Source of the DNA: Mobula birostris
Taxonomy: Eukaryota
DNA length: 64,000 nt
Assembly: GCF_030028105.1 (NCBI RefSeq)
Contig: NC_092393.1
Coordinates: 19,323,825 to 19,387,824, forward strand
Direction of reading: 5' to 3'
This document shows positions 22,959 through 35,755 of the stretch, one piece after another. Each line of letters begins with the position of its first letter. The stretch's first letter is position 1. A model generated the notes under the pieces. That model saw only the letters and a list, made by a program, of their open reading frames with translations. It was not told the origin of the DNA and made no database searches. The position numbers were made by a program, and so were the translations under genes.

Positions 22959-23892
22959 ATCAGGTGTTACATCTTGCCCAAGGGTGATCTATAGACCAGT
23001 GGAGGGAAGGAATGCCTTGCACCTCCTTTGGTAGAGACGTATCTCCACCTCGCTGCCTATAGTAAAGGAATCTAAAACTACAGGGCATAGGCTTAAGGTG
23101 AAAAGGGGTAAATTTAAAAGGGACTTGAGAGGTCAATTTTCCATACAAAGGTCGCTGGGTATATGGAACAAGTTGCCAGATGAGGTGGTAGAGGTGGATA
23201 CAATTACAATGTTTAAAAGATATTTGGATAGGTTGATTAATATAAATGGTTTTGAGAGATTTTGGCCAAATACAGGAAAATAGGACCAACTCAGAAAGGC
23301 ATCTTAGTCAGCAGGGATGAGTTGGGCTGATAAGGCTTGTTTCAGTCATACACTATAAACTGCAGATACTATATTGTATACACAATTACCAGACTACAAA
23401 GCAACTCAAATCCATTATCTTTATCTGTATCACAAAACTTATAGTCATCCACTTCTAAATGTGACAATGAGGTCGTACATAGGAGTGGGTACCCAAAAAA
23501 AAACAAGCAGCAAGCAGTTCGAATTGGAATGCAATGAGGTTTGTTGTAAGGTTTATTTGATGTCAGGTTATCATTTATTAAAAATTAAACTAGGATTCAC
23601 ATTCACGTGGTGTGGATGGGAGGCAACGTACTGAATCCATGTTACTCTGTCTTAGAGTGTCAAAGTACAAGAGTTATCAACTTTGCAATGCCCTGCCAAT
23701 CTCAATTTATCATTATAATATAGATGCAATATCATCTCACAGTATGGTTTTGCCTGGTTTGACTAAGGTACTGAAAAAATGGACATTATGGTATTCTACT
23801 TTTCATATTTTAAATATAGAAAAATTCAGTTGTTAAAATGCATTAGAAAGGATGAAAAGAGCACATAACCGTAATCTGTTTTCTTACTGCAG

Positions 23893-24188
23893 GTCATCTT
23901 CCGATCCACCCAGGCTCTACGGATCCAGTGTGTGTTGCGTGGAATTTTAATGAGATGCTTTCGATGCTCCAGGCACACACCAGTGTGGTATGTTTCATAG
24001 CAGGACATGATCACGATGGCGGCTACTACTTGGATAACTGTGGAATTCACCATCTTACCCTTGAAGGCATGATTGAAACATCACCAGAGAGTCAAGCATT
24101 TGGTACAGTTCATGTGTACGAAGATAGAATGATCCTTGAGGGAAGGGGAAGGATTCCAAGGAGAGTTTTGTGGTACAGAGAAAGATAA
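23893..24188 (+). CDS. ADPRM: ADPRM last coding exon
   Basis: TGCAG acceptor; encodes GHLPIHP...CVAWNF...[12 protein letters not shown]...[13 protein letters not shown]...RER-stop. Joined CDS is 613+123+296 = 1032 nt = 343 aa. Confidence 0.97.
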
Positions 24189-24409
24189 ATTAATGGATTT
24201 GTGTTGCTTTGTAGTCTGGCAGTTGAGTGGTACAATGTAGTATTTGCAGCACTTGGCTGGGATGTCCATCTGACATTCATTTGCACAAATTTGCCTTGAA
24301 TTATTGGCTGCAATTTTTAACCAAATTCAAACACCCTAGCACTGCGTTAGTTATAGAAGACATTCTCCAAGGGAGAACTTTAAGCAGCCCTTGAATTTCC
24401 ACAGGGTTA

Positions 24410-24415
24410 AATAAA
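24410..24415 (+). terminator. Candidate polyadenylation signal of ADPRM
   Basis: First AATAAA seen after the stop codon (~220 nt downstream), followed by T-rich sequence. Confidence 0.4.
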
Positions 24416-24753
24416 AGATAAGGAAAACCTGAGCATTTACACCTTTCGTGATTTCTGGAATTTGATTCAATTTGAATTTGCCTCGCTGTGAATTCCGGGT
24501 GTTATTTTGGATTCCTGAACTGAATTATTATATCAATTCTTTCCTAAAACGTTTTATAGTCAATGAAATCTTCATGGTGTAATTTAGGAAACAGAGAAAC
24601 CATTTCCATTTATTAGCAATAGGATGAAGGTCAGCTAATCTTTTTTTTGTGATGTTAAAGAAGGAATATGTATTTGCCAGAGTACCTTTGATCATGACTA
24701 CCCTGGTAACATGGCATGTTTTACATTGTTCTGAGGACGGTTTTGGATTAGAG

Positions 24754-24833
24754 TAGGGGTTCGAAATCCGTTTTATGCCATGGACCCCTACCATTAACCG
24801 AGTGGCCCATGGACCCCAGATTAGGAACCCCTA
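24754..24833. mobile_element. 80-bp hAT MITE
   Basis: TIRs TAGGGGTTC../..GAACCCCTA; 8-bp TSD GATTAGAG/GATTTGAG. Sister copy at 37633-37712. Confidence 0.8.
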
Positions 24834-25944
24834 GATTTGAGTGTTAAATGTTATCTTAATGTATTGATTTAGATAACATTGTTGGTGGTATATATTTAAC
24901 ATTCAAATGTATCGGTAAAGCTAGCCATGATGTTCACAGCAACACAACTCCGCATCATATTAATTGTATTGCAAAATTTCAAAACTTTTCCAAGATTTTA
25001 CAAAATATTTGTGTAAGATTATGTAGTTAACTATAATGAAGTACCTTGTGTTGTAGCTGCTTTTGCACTTTTAACGATTTTACACAGCATTTGGCTCATG
25101 CTGCTGTTGTTTCCCATCTGTATAACTTAATTGGAACAGTTTTGTGGTTTCTTTACCAACATGTCTAGGTTTGCCCTGGCGCTGAATACCGCCCCCCCCC
25201 CCCCGCCACCCCACACTCGCTTTGACTTTGCACAAAGGAATTCTGGTAATTAATGCAAATATCTTCCGTTGTGATTTTCCCTTCCAAACCAGTTCATATC
25301 TTATAAACCTATGCACCCTATCCCAAATGGTGCTGTGGCTATGTTTGCACCGATGAGCTGTGTTGAAGGGCTGGGTAGGTCCTACTCTGTGATATTGTAA
25401 AGCCCATCAAGAAAAAAGTTAAGATAAATTGTGTTCTTAAGATAATCTTATTTGTGAATGGAATTGTTTTTGAAGTCAGAGACAGAAGAGACTCTCAGTT
25501 TTGGAATCTGGAGCAAAAGTACAAAGTGCAGGTTGAAAATCTATAGAAGCTGCAGAGTGCTGATGCAGGGTCTCAGGTGATGCAATGTCAACTATCTGTC
25601 TGCCTCCACAGGTGCTGCTTGACATCCTGAGTTACTGCAACAGTACTTTGCACCTCCAGATTAAAGCCTGTTTTATTTGGAGCATGCTGGATAGAATTTT
25701 AATCAGTGCTGGTCAGTCAGGAGTTAAATGCCTATCTTTGAAGGTACTGCTGTCAGATTATTCAATATGAATGTTGAAGCAAATAGAACCAAAGAAATGT
25801 GAGTAAACAGTCATTAAAAGCAATTTGTTCTGTTTTTAAAAAAGTTTGTGGATATCTTTTTTAGCACCTGGTGAATTTTCATGAATAAGATCTAAATTAG
25901 CAAGGAAGATATTCTTAAATTTTGAACCTGTGTGTCAAAGGTAA

Positions 25945-27400
25945 GAACAGTATTTATTGCCCATCTTGAATGGCACTTGAGCTGGTGGTGGTGAGCTGCC
26001 TTTTCACGTGCTGCAGTCCTTCTGGAGAAGGTAATCTTGCAGTGCTATTCGGTAATGAGATCTAGAATTTGGATCCTGCAACCACAAAGGGCTGTGATAT
26101 GATTACAAGTCAACGTGGTGTATAACTTGAAGGAAAACCTGCAGCTGGTGATGTCCTATTGCCCTGCTCCTCTTTCCTTGGCGATAGAGAACGCAGGTCT
26201 GAGAGGTGCAGCTGGAGTAGCCTGGGTGAATATCTGCAGTAAGTTTTGAGGGTGCCACATGTTGTAGTGCTGGTGTGGATGGATATTTTGTGTGGTTGAT
26301 AGGAGCATCAATCAAGCAATTTGCTTCACCCTTGCTTGTGAGAGTTGTTAGCGCTAAACTCATCCAGGCAAGTGAAGAATATTTCATAACACTGGAGTGG
26401 TGAAAAGATGTTGGTGTCAGGAAGTGCAGGTTTTTCAGCCTCCATTAGATTATGATTATGAGGACACTCAGTCCTAGTTTATTATCATTTAGAAATGCAC
26501 GCATTAAGAAATGATACAATGTTCCTCCAGAGTGATATCACAAAAAAACAGGACAAACCAAAAACTAACACTAACAAGAACATATAATTATAACATATAG
26601 TTACAGCAGTGCAAAGCAATACCGTAATTTGATAAAGAGACCATGGGCACAGTAAAAAAATAGTCTCAAAGTTCTGATTGACTCCCGATAGCAGGCAGCA
26701 AAAGAGAGAAACTCTCCCTGCCATAAACCTCCAGGTGCCGACAACTGCCGATGCATTGGAAGCACCCAACCACAGCCGACTCTGAGTCCGTCCGAAAACA
26801 TCGAGCCTCCAACCAGCCTCCCAAGCACCATCCTCTGCCGAGCGCTTCAACCTCGCCCCGGCCGCTGAGCAACAAGCAAAGCCAAGAACTTGGGGCCTTC
26901 TCATCTGGAGATTCTGGATTGCACAGTAGCGGCAGCGGCGAAGCAGGCATTTCAGAAGTTTCTTCAGGTGTTCCTCCATGCTCTGACACCTGTCTCCATC
27001 AAATCAGGATTGTGCACGGCCCTCTACTTCTCAGATAACAGATATCATTCACCGGAGTGGCTGCTGCGCGCTGCATCGCGCCGCCATCTTCTCCTCCTCC
27101 TCAATAGATTGTGCTCATTATGCTCTTGTAGCCACAGTGATTCAATGGCTGTCCAGGTGAGTATTGAATCAATGGTGTCTCCCAGAGTATGGATGATTGG
27201 GAACCTGATGATGACAAAGCCTTTGAAAGTTCAGGGTAGTTAATTAGATTCTCCCTTGTCAGAGATGGTCGTTACCTGGCACTTCTGAGGCTTGAATGTT
27301 CTTCCTACCTGACAGCTTAGATCACGTCCTTCGCTGAGCCGTTGCAGATGGAATTAGACTGTGTGCATATTAAGTGTGTCCACACTAATATCAGGATGAA
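25945..27400 (-). mobile_element. Old non-LTR retrotransposon remnant interrupted by a non-coding retroposon at ~26445-27102
   Basis: MKYSSLAWMS.A.TTL C-terminal peptide. The insert starts AGAAGATGGCGGCGCG on minus and ends in (ATAATC)n. Confidence 0.55.
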
Positions 27401-27539
27401 CGTGGAGCTCAGTGCAATGTCAGTATACTGTGCGCAGGCACATAATATCCCGCATCAAAAACACCTGATACTGTTGAGTGTAAAAAAAAATCACTTCAAT
27501 ATCTGTGAATAGCTGCAGTAATTTATAACTTCTATCAAG

Positions 27540-28670
27540 TACAGTCGACGTTTCTGGCTGAGACCCTTCATTGGGACTAGAGGGAAAAAAGATGAGTATG
27601 AAGATGGGGGTGGGGGGGGAAGAAGAAACACAAGGTGATGGGTGAAACCAGGAGGGTTGGGGTATAAGAGCTGGGAATTTGATTGGTGAAAGAGATACAG
27701 GGCTGGAGAAGGGATATCTGATGGCAGAGGACAGAAGGCCTGGAAGAAAGAAAAGGGGGAGGAGCACCAGAGGGAGGTGATGGACAGGTAAGGGGATGGG
27801 GAATGGTGAAGGGGGTAGGGCGTCATTACCAGAAGTTCGAGAAATTGATGTTCATAGCATCAGATTGGAGGCTACCCAGACGGAATACAAGGTGTAGCTC
27901 CTCCAATCTGATTGTGACCTCATCGCAACAGTAGAGGAGGCCATGGACTGACATGTCGAAATGGGAAGTGGAGTTAAAATGGGTGACCACTGGAAGATCC
28001 CACTTTTTCTGGTGGATGGAGCACAGGTGCTTGGCAGAGCAGTCTCTCAATCTATATTGGACCTCACCGATATACAGGAGGCCACACTGGGAGCAGCGGA
28101 TACAGTAGATGACCCCAACAGACTCAACCGGAAGGACTGTTTGGGGCTCTGAATGGTAGTGAGGGAGGAGGCATAGAGGCAGGTGTAGCACTCGTTCTGC
28201 TTGTAGGGATAAGCGCCAGGAGGGAGATAAGTGGGGAGGGATGAATGGACAAGGGAGTTACGTAGGGAGCAATCCCTGTGTAAAGCATAAAGTGGGAGGA
28301 GGTAGAGATGTACACAGTGGTGGGATCCCATTGGAGATGGCAGAAGTTACGCAGAATTATGTGCTGGACATGGATGCAGAGACTGTTGGGGTGGTAGTTG
28401 AGGACAAGAGGAACCCTACCCCTAGTGGGGTGGCGGGAGGATGGGCTACCGGCAGGCGTGCGCAAAATGGAAGAGATACAGTTGAGGGCAGTGTTGATGG
28501 TGGGGGGAGATCCCTTTCCTTGAAGAAGGAGGACATCTCCTTAGTTCTGGAATGAAAAGCCTCACCCTGCGAGAAGATGCAGCAGGGATGGAGGAATTGA
28601 GAAAAGGGATGGCATTTTTACAAGTAACAGGGTGGGAAGAGGTATAGTCCAGGTAGCCGTGCGAGTCAGG
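27540..28670 (-). mobile_element. Older Penelope-like element 3' half, with decayed hammerhead at ~27542-27579
   Basis: GVIYCIRCSQCGLLYIGEVQYRLRDCSAKH...MNINFSNFW. Ribozyme core mutated to CCAATGA. Confidence 0.9.
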
Positions 28671-28859
28671 AACATTGCACTCTGTTAGGCTTACTTTTGT
28701 GGAAGTAGGCTGTATCCAGATTTTCTACAATAAAGCTCTGATCAAAATGACCAGACTGGTTGTAGATTGCTTTGCCAGAAACCAAGATCACAAAAAAATA
28801 TTATCCCAGAAATTGTAAAATGGTCACGAGGCCTCACTGGCAAATATATATAGTTCTGT

Positions 28860-29345
28860 GGCACTTACAAGATTCCCTGTGAATGTGGATGGAATGCACA
28901 GTGGAAACCCACATCAAGCAGCACAACAGGTGTATCTGTCTGGGTTACCTGGAGAAATCAACAGTAACAGGGCACTGCATTTGCAATGGCCATAGGATTG
29001 ACTTTGTAGAAAACTACTGAGCTGTGCCAATCGCTTTTGGGACTGCCTAGTGAAAGAAACCACTGAAATAAAACTGGAGAAAAAAGAATTTTAAGAAAGA
29101 CGAAGGTCTTGCTCTAGTAAGAACTGGAATTTGATTGTAAACAAGCTGGGGCAGCAGAAACCTGATCGGATGAGGACTAACCAGGCAGGAGGGATGGACA
29201 ATGGGGGTACATATACCACCAGACTAGACATGCCCAGGCATCGTACCTGATGAAGATGGCAGTGTTTGTCATTGAAACATCAGTTAAAATCGATTTTTGG
29301 ACCCAGCTGGAAGTCTGAGAAGAGTTTATTCATCGTATATGTCAG
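28860..29345 (+). mobile_element. Poseidon-type Penelope-like element 3' end with hammerhead-like motif
   Basis: Decayed GIY-YIG: YKIPCECG...ETHIKQHNRCICLGYLEKSTVTGHCICNGHRIDF...FWDCLVKETTEIKL. Followed by CTGATGA A GATGGCA GTGTT TGTCATT GAAA CATC at 29247-29281. Confidence 0.75.
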
Positions 29346-30044
29346 GTAAGCACTAGATCCTTTTTCATCTCATGATCATTCTTGTAAGTAATGCAAAATA
29401 CATCACCAATGTGATTCAGAAGAAATAAATCCCAATACAGTTAATAAAGTTAGATAAAATAATTTGTTTAAAGACATCTTTAATGTGGTTTTTCAGAATC
29501 TACTTTCAGTATAGTTTCACTCTGGGGATTCCTCCCCATTCTCCACTTTTCATGTAGTAATTTTTCTCTTTCCATTATGTAGTGGTAAGTCTATACCTTT
29601 CCAGTATTACACCATTGGTAATGCAACCATTACAGATCGAGGATATCCATCAAATTTAAATGGAGAAGTATCCATTTATGGATCAGCCTTTAGAAATTAA
29701 TTTGCCAATATGAAATCTAATCACAAAAAATTGCTAATAATTATAAATAACTTCACATTCCCAATCCCCAAGTGCAAATACTCCCCTCTCATCGGCAAAT
29801 ACAGACTATGTAATGTTTGAACATCAGAATTGTCACTGGTGCATCTGTGCAAAAATTTTCAAACTGTAAGATATACAGAAACAAATCTTAAGTTTGTTAG
29901 ATCGAGTCTGAATGTGAAGATGAAAATTTCTTTCAAAGAAAAATCTATTAGGATGAGCATACTAATCCTATTCTGAAAGGCGACTGGCAACACTTCTTGG
30001 GCTGCATAATCTTTACGTGGTCCTAAGATTTTCTGCATAAGGGT

Positions 30045-30370
30045 GCAGAGTAGCATAGCACCAGAGATCATGGTTCAATACCTGCTGCCTCCTGTAAGGA
30101 GTTGTATGTTCTCCCCATGACAGCATGGTTTCCCATCCCCACCACATACCAAAGATGTAAGGTTAGGTTTAGTGAGTTGTGGGCATGTTACCTAGAAAAC
30201 CTACAGCACAATACAGGCCCTTCGGCTCACAATGAGTGCCAAACATGTACTTACGTCGGTGCCCAAAGTGTGGTGGCATCTGTGGGCTGCCCAGCACAAT
30301 CAGGATTTGACACAAACAATGCAGTTCACTGTTTGTTTCAATGTACATGTGACAAATAAAGCCAATCTTT
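30045..30370 (+). mobile_element. Degenerate V-SINE
   Basis: GGTTCAATACC B-box; TGTAAGGAGTTGTATGTTCTCCCC block shared with 1245-1521. Confidence 0.65.
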
Positions 30371-30712
30371 AAAAAATATATATCAAAGTGCAATTGCACT
30401 TGTTAAATAAATGTTTGGTCCTTAAAATTCAAATCATGTTCCTCCCTAGATTCAAACCTCAAGACCAGATCCAGGACTTCAATTTGCAATCTGTCTCAGA
30501 TGTCAAAGTGATAAATCCATTATACAATTAACATAATTGTAAGTTATTTCATCCAAATTATATAACAGAAAATTGTGTTCAAAATTACATCTATCACAAC
30601 CTCAGATTGTCCACAAAAACAGCTCTAAATAAATGGGTCTATACGGCAACTCCTTCAATTCACGTTAGTTCCACGACCCTTTTTCTGGTCCCACTATTAC
30701 GTTGTATCTGGG

Positions 30713-30842
30713 TTAAATGGTGTTCTTGCAGTGCTCTGGCCAAGATGCTCGCAGCTCTTTATTGATGTAGTAATATAGCCACATTACAAATGGCAGGACA
30801 GTAATAAAAACTGCAACAGAAATTTTAAAACCACCAAGATAC
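30713..30842 (-). CDS. TMEM220: TMEM220 exon 6 (last)
   Basis: TTTTCCAG acceptor; encodes YLGGFKISVAVFITVLPFVMWLYYYINKELRASWPEHCKNTI-TAA, matching the conserved TMEM220 C-terminus. Confidence 0.95.
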
Positions 30843-31049
30843 CTGGAAAATTAAGAAAACATTTTGATCACTAATTGAGATCAACAATTGCTCAGTACTA
30901 TTTGAAGAAATTTACTGCTAACTTGTATTAATGCCAGCTAGCAATAGCATGCCATGTGATGAACACTTGCATTTTAATATTTAGACATACCAGCAATAAC
31001 TTAAGCAGCTACCTACAGGCATTAACGATGAATACCTGTTAGACATCAT

Positions 31050-32402
31050 TGTATGTTGGGACGCAAAGCGGAGGGACAGAATGCAAGGTGATGGCCAAGA
31101 CCAGGTGAGAGGGGAGTGGAGTAAGAAGCAGGGAGGTTATACTGTATGTGGAAGAGGTAAAAGGCTGAAGGAAGAAGACGATAGACCGTGGAAGATAGGG
31201 AAGGAGGAAGGGAATGAGAGGGAGGTGATGGGCAGGTGAGAAGAAAAGGGTGAGAGGGTAACCAGAATTCAGTTCAAGTTTAATTGTCATTAACCATACA
31301 TGAATACCCATGAGCACATCCAAACAAAACAGCATTACTCTAGGATCAAGGTGCAAAACACAGTACCAACAGTCATACACAACGTACCTATAGCACATAG
31401 AAGATAACAAGCACACGCTGTATATCAGTAAAATTGCAGTCATCCAATATACGGCTCATCTGCCAAGCGAACACTGGAGGAGAGCACCAACTGCAGCGTG
31501 GATGTCATGCCACGCTGTCCCCACCGACTCCCAAAACCTCTCTCCTGGGTGGCTGCCAACAGGCAACACCACGGCCTGAGGCCCAGACCTCAGCGTGACC
31601 AAAGCCACGCAGCTCCCCCGCCATCCACCAATACATCAGGGAATCAAACTTGCAGCAGTCCACATCAACAGTGCCCAACAGGGTCTTGCGATCACAAGAA
31701 AATGGACCAGGACGGTCACCTGCTGTTAGACTGCACAGCACCTTCGCACACTGACTCCACGCCTCTCTGTTGTAGGCAGCAGCATGATCCACATCTAGCC
31801 CAGCTCCTTTGCCAACGAGCAGCCCACTGATGGCATAGACATGCAGCACTCCAAGTTCTCAACGTCCAGCAGGGTCTTGTGATTGTTAAAAAAATACGTT
31901 TACAAAAGACGGTAACACCTCTGGTTGGCCCCCAAAAAACTAGAATGGGGGAAGAAATTACCGGAGGTCAGAAAAATTAATGTTCATTCCATTTGGTTAG
32001 AGCTACCCAGACAGAATATGAGGCGTTGCTCCTCCAACCCAAGTTTGGCCTCATCGTGGCGCAAGAGTCCATGGATGGACCTGTCTGAATGGGAAGGGAA
32101 AGTCAAATTGAAGTGGGTAGCCATTGGAAGATCCTGCCTTCATTACTGAGAGGGTGGAAGCTGCTCGACGAAACAACTCTGCAACGGTCTAATCTATCCA
32201 CCTGCCAGCATGTACACTTTCCACTACCCCCGCGCCCCCACCACCTGTTTCTGCCTCCTTCCTTTCTAGTCCTGATGGAGGGCAGCAACCCAAATCTTCA
32301 ATTTTTATTCCCCTCTACAGATGCTTCCTGGCTTGCTGAATTCCTCCAGGATTTTGTAAGTATTGCTCAAGAATTCCAGCATCTGCAGAATCTGGTGTTT
32401 AT
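31050..32402. mobile_element. Old PLE remnant with inverted pLTR, split by a non-coding Rex1-type retroposon (~31270-31925)
   Basis: Minus-strand RLEEQRLIFCLGS-type C-terminus at ~31960-32150; plus-strand pLTR at ~32260-32402. Confidence 0.6.
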
Positions 32403-32521
32403 AGTACGGGAAGGATGTTTTTGGAGGTACACTGCAGAATGCAGACTGAAGCCTGGATTACTTGCACCATTTCTTTGATTAAATATTCAAAACAGTTTGA
32501 GGAATATTACTCAATACTCAC

Positions 32522-32581
32522 TTCCCTGAATTCTGGCAGAGCAGCATCCAAATAATGATTATTACTAATCCCAAAAATTCC
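32522..32581 (-). CDS. TMEM220: TMEM220 exon 5
   Basis: TTTTGCAG acceptor; encodes EFLGLVIIIIWMLLCQNSGK; donor GTGAGT. 60 nt, phase 2-2. Confidence 0.95.
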
Positions 32582-33280
32582 CTGCAAAACAAAATAATCA
32601 GTGTGTAAAAAAACAGTCTTTTACCACAAACCTCAAACTGTCAAAAGACTACTGGAAAGGCCCAGGAACAGGCCCTGGGTTTTACCACCCGAGCACTAAC
32701 CACCACTTGTGGATGGCTTGTCTTTGCAGGATGGCCAGAGCCATGAATTATCCACTATGCTTAGACCCACAGCAGCAGTGTGTAAAATGAATGCCCTGCT
32801 AGGAATAGCAGAGGTTTGGCCTTTGTAATTATCTCAATACTCCTAACACCAAACCAGATAGGAATGTCTCACAGAGAACCACAAGATCTTTTACATCTGC
32901 CTAGCCTTACTTCAGCATCTTGCCTGAAATACATCAGCCCCCTGTAATGCTGTTATAGAGGCTTAATGTGGAGTAAGTAAGGCCTGACCCCCATTTTGAC
33001 TCAGAGGTTCAAACCAGCCAGACAGAACATATCTGGGTCGACTTCATACACTGACACATGCTCAGGTCAAAATCAGCTGGGGTACAAGTCCCAGTAGCAT
33101 GGAATAGGAATAGTGAGCGGTGTGAAAACCCGTCAACCGTGGAAAGTTATCGTAAAAGATCAGCACAAGGACACGTGTCACAATGTGATTATCGTGTAAA
33201 AATGAAGAAACACGCAGGCTTTTAACACAATTAAGAGATACAAATGTATGAATGATGCAGTTACAATGAAAGGTGCATAC

Positions 33281-33404
33281 CGGCCCTCCTCTTCATGGAA
33301 GATAGTGTTCTTTGCATGTCGATGAAGATACCAACCCCACAGTGTGGCCACCATGAAGCACATGGTTATGTGCATTAATGAGACATGTTTCCAGATGAAG
33401 TTAT
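33281..33404 (-). CDS. TMEM220: TMEM220 exon 4
   Basis: TTTTAAG acceptor; encodes DNFIWKHVSLMHITMCFMVATLWGWYLHRHAKNTIFHEEEGR; donor GTATGC. 124 nt. Confidence 0.95.
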
Positions 33405-35041
33405 CTTAAAAGAAAAGTTAAATGTTCATAAAGAGAGTGAAATAATTCAGACAAGAAATATCAAATGACCATGACCCATGGGATTTTATTAAATCTCAGT
33501 TATTATATTTTACCATATTTCTTTCACTGATGCTAAATGAATCCAATAAAGGGATTATATTTATAATGTCAGTCAGGAGTTCAAGATATACAAAAGCATT
33601 TCACCAATACAACACTTCTGGGGAAGTACTACAAGCTTACTTGCATTAATAGCTGCAAATTTTGCTCACAGATGGTCCATCCTAGTGAGGTGTAATTGGG
33701 TTAAAACTGCTCAGGTTTCTGGAGTGCAACTGAAACTTAGATCTTCTGGCAAATAAACAATGCTACCACTGAGCCAAGGCTGTCACAAGAATCCATTTGC
33801 CAGAAGAATCACATTGTCTTTCCCTCCTCTTAAGATTCAGCACTCACATTTCCAAAAACTAAAGTCAGTGCCAGCAAACCAAACGACCAACATAAAATTC
33901 AGGAGTGGAGTTACAAACTTGGGGCCCCACGGGGTCAGACTTGACACTATCCACATGTGAATGAGCTCCATAATAAAATTAGATTCAAATATCTTACATA
34001 CATATTGGGAGTTCCTCTCTCCAATTTTAGTAAATGCTCTTTCTCATGAGTGCTTTTGTTGCTATTTGTTACAATTCAACTTAGTGAGAGTTGACTCATG
34101 GATGTTTGTATAAACAAAACTCATTGACAGCATGTTCCATTTTCAAAAGGTTCACAGAATCTCACTCTGCCTGAGGCTTCCTTCACCTGCCTTTGACTTC
34201 CTTCAAAGCCTAATCAAGGTTGAGGAACAGTAACATCTTCCAACTGAGCGTGTTGTATCCTGCAGGAGCACATAAAACGGGTCACCCTCTGCATCAGAAC
34301 TAGCTAGTTCAGCCCTAGGCCATCCATCTGTAACACTGGCTCCATTTGTCTCTCTCCAGTGGACACACACTGACCTGCTAGTAGATCACTAATTTATAAT
34401 TGTTTACATTATCTATTTTTTCACTCACTAGTCTCATTTCACAGCTTTTATATTTCCTTAATTGTTTCCCCTCCAACTAACTTCTTTCATTAGTCTATCA
34501 ATCTCATGACCTCTAACACTTTACCCCCATGGCAATTTTGGTTTCACCCCATCAGTGATAGTTTCTTTATCCTAGTCACCTTTCCCCTACACTCCCTTCA
34601 AATCAAGACTAACTTGATTTCCTTCAAATTCTGACAATTTGTCCTGAGAGTTTTTGTCTACAAAAACTTCCTGACCTTTTGAGTGTTTCTAACATTTTCT
34701 GTTTTCACTTCTAATCTTCAACACTTTCGATTTTTTGGTTTTGATTCCTATACATTCAGATCTCTCTGCATGAAGACATTAATGAATTTTACCAGCCTTC
34801 TGTGCCCCATCACAGCCTCTGGATGGCTAACGAGAAGATCAAAATCCATTGCCTACAGGAAGCAGTGATGCCTACCCTGTAATGTACTTCTGGGATTTGG
34901 ATTACCTACAACAGAAACTGGGCAGATACCACTAGCACTGGCTCTACAAAGCCCTCTGCCTACACTGGAAAGATAGGCAGACTAATTAAACGTCCTTTTC
35001 GTGGGTCAACATCCCCAGCACTGAGGTCATCGTTACACTCA

Positions 35042-35755
35042 GGCTACGTCCACACTAAACCGGATAAATCCGTAACTGAAGCTTTTTCTCTTCGGTTTGA
35101 CCCTCCGTTCACACTGAAACGGCATTTTTCTCCCCCGAAAACGGAGCTTTTCTAAAACACTCTCCAGAGTGTGTAAATCTGAAAACGCTGGTTGGGCGGT
35201 GTAGTGTGTACGGGGTAACCGGAGCTTTTTAAAAACGCTGTCATGACGGGCCAGAACAGCTGGTGGCGGCAGCGCGGCATTTCATAGTTTTCTTGAACGC
35301 ATATAGCGGTCGAGGATGTCATTGTGTTTGGTTTGGCACGACTCTCAGTCCACGTTCTCCACTGCTTTGCTGACTTTGTAGTCGTTTGTAACTCGCAGAA
35401 GCAGCTCGACTTCATCGTCTGTCCAAACGAAGTCCGGTCTGCTTTTTCTAGCGGAGATTTTCTTTGTATTCCTCGAAGACATTGTTGAAAGCTTTCTTTC
35501 GCTGTTGCTGTAGGTACTCTAGTTTTTCACCAAAGGAAATAGCACAACGCCACCGTGGAAATGGACATACTATACCGTTTCCTCTTCGCTTGTTTTCTGT
35601 AGATGTGTCCTGCACATGCCCAGTAGGAGGAGATTCGCCTAAATACCCGTTTCAATGTGGACGGAGGTATTTTCAAAAATGCCTGGTATGGACGCCTATC
35701 GTTTTTACGTGAAACCGGCATTTTCAAAATTATCCGGTCTAGTGTGGACATAGCC
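35042..35755 (-). mobile_element. Non-autonomous PIF/Harbinger transposon with Myb/SANT-like ORF remnant
   Basis: TIRs GGCTACGTCCACACTAAACCGGATAA and TTATCCGGTCTAGTGTGGACATAGCC; flanks TCA/TTA. Minus-strand peptide FVWTDDEVELLLRVTNDYKVSKAVENVD*ESCQTKH. Confidence 0.85.
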
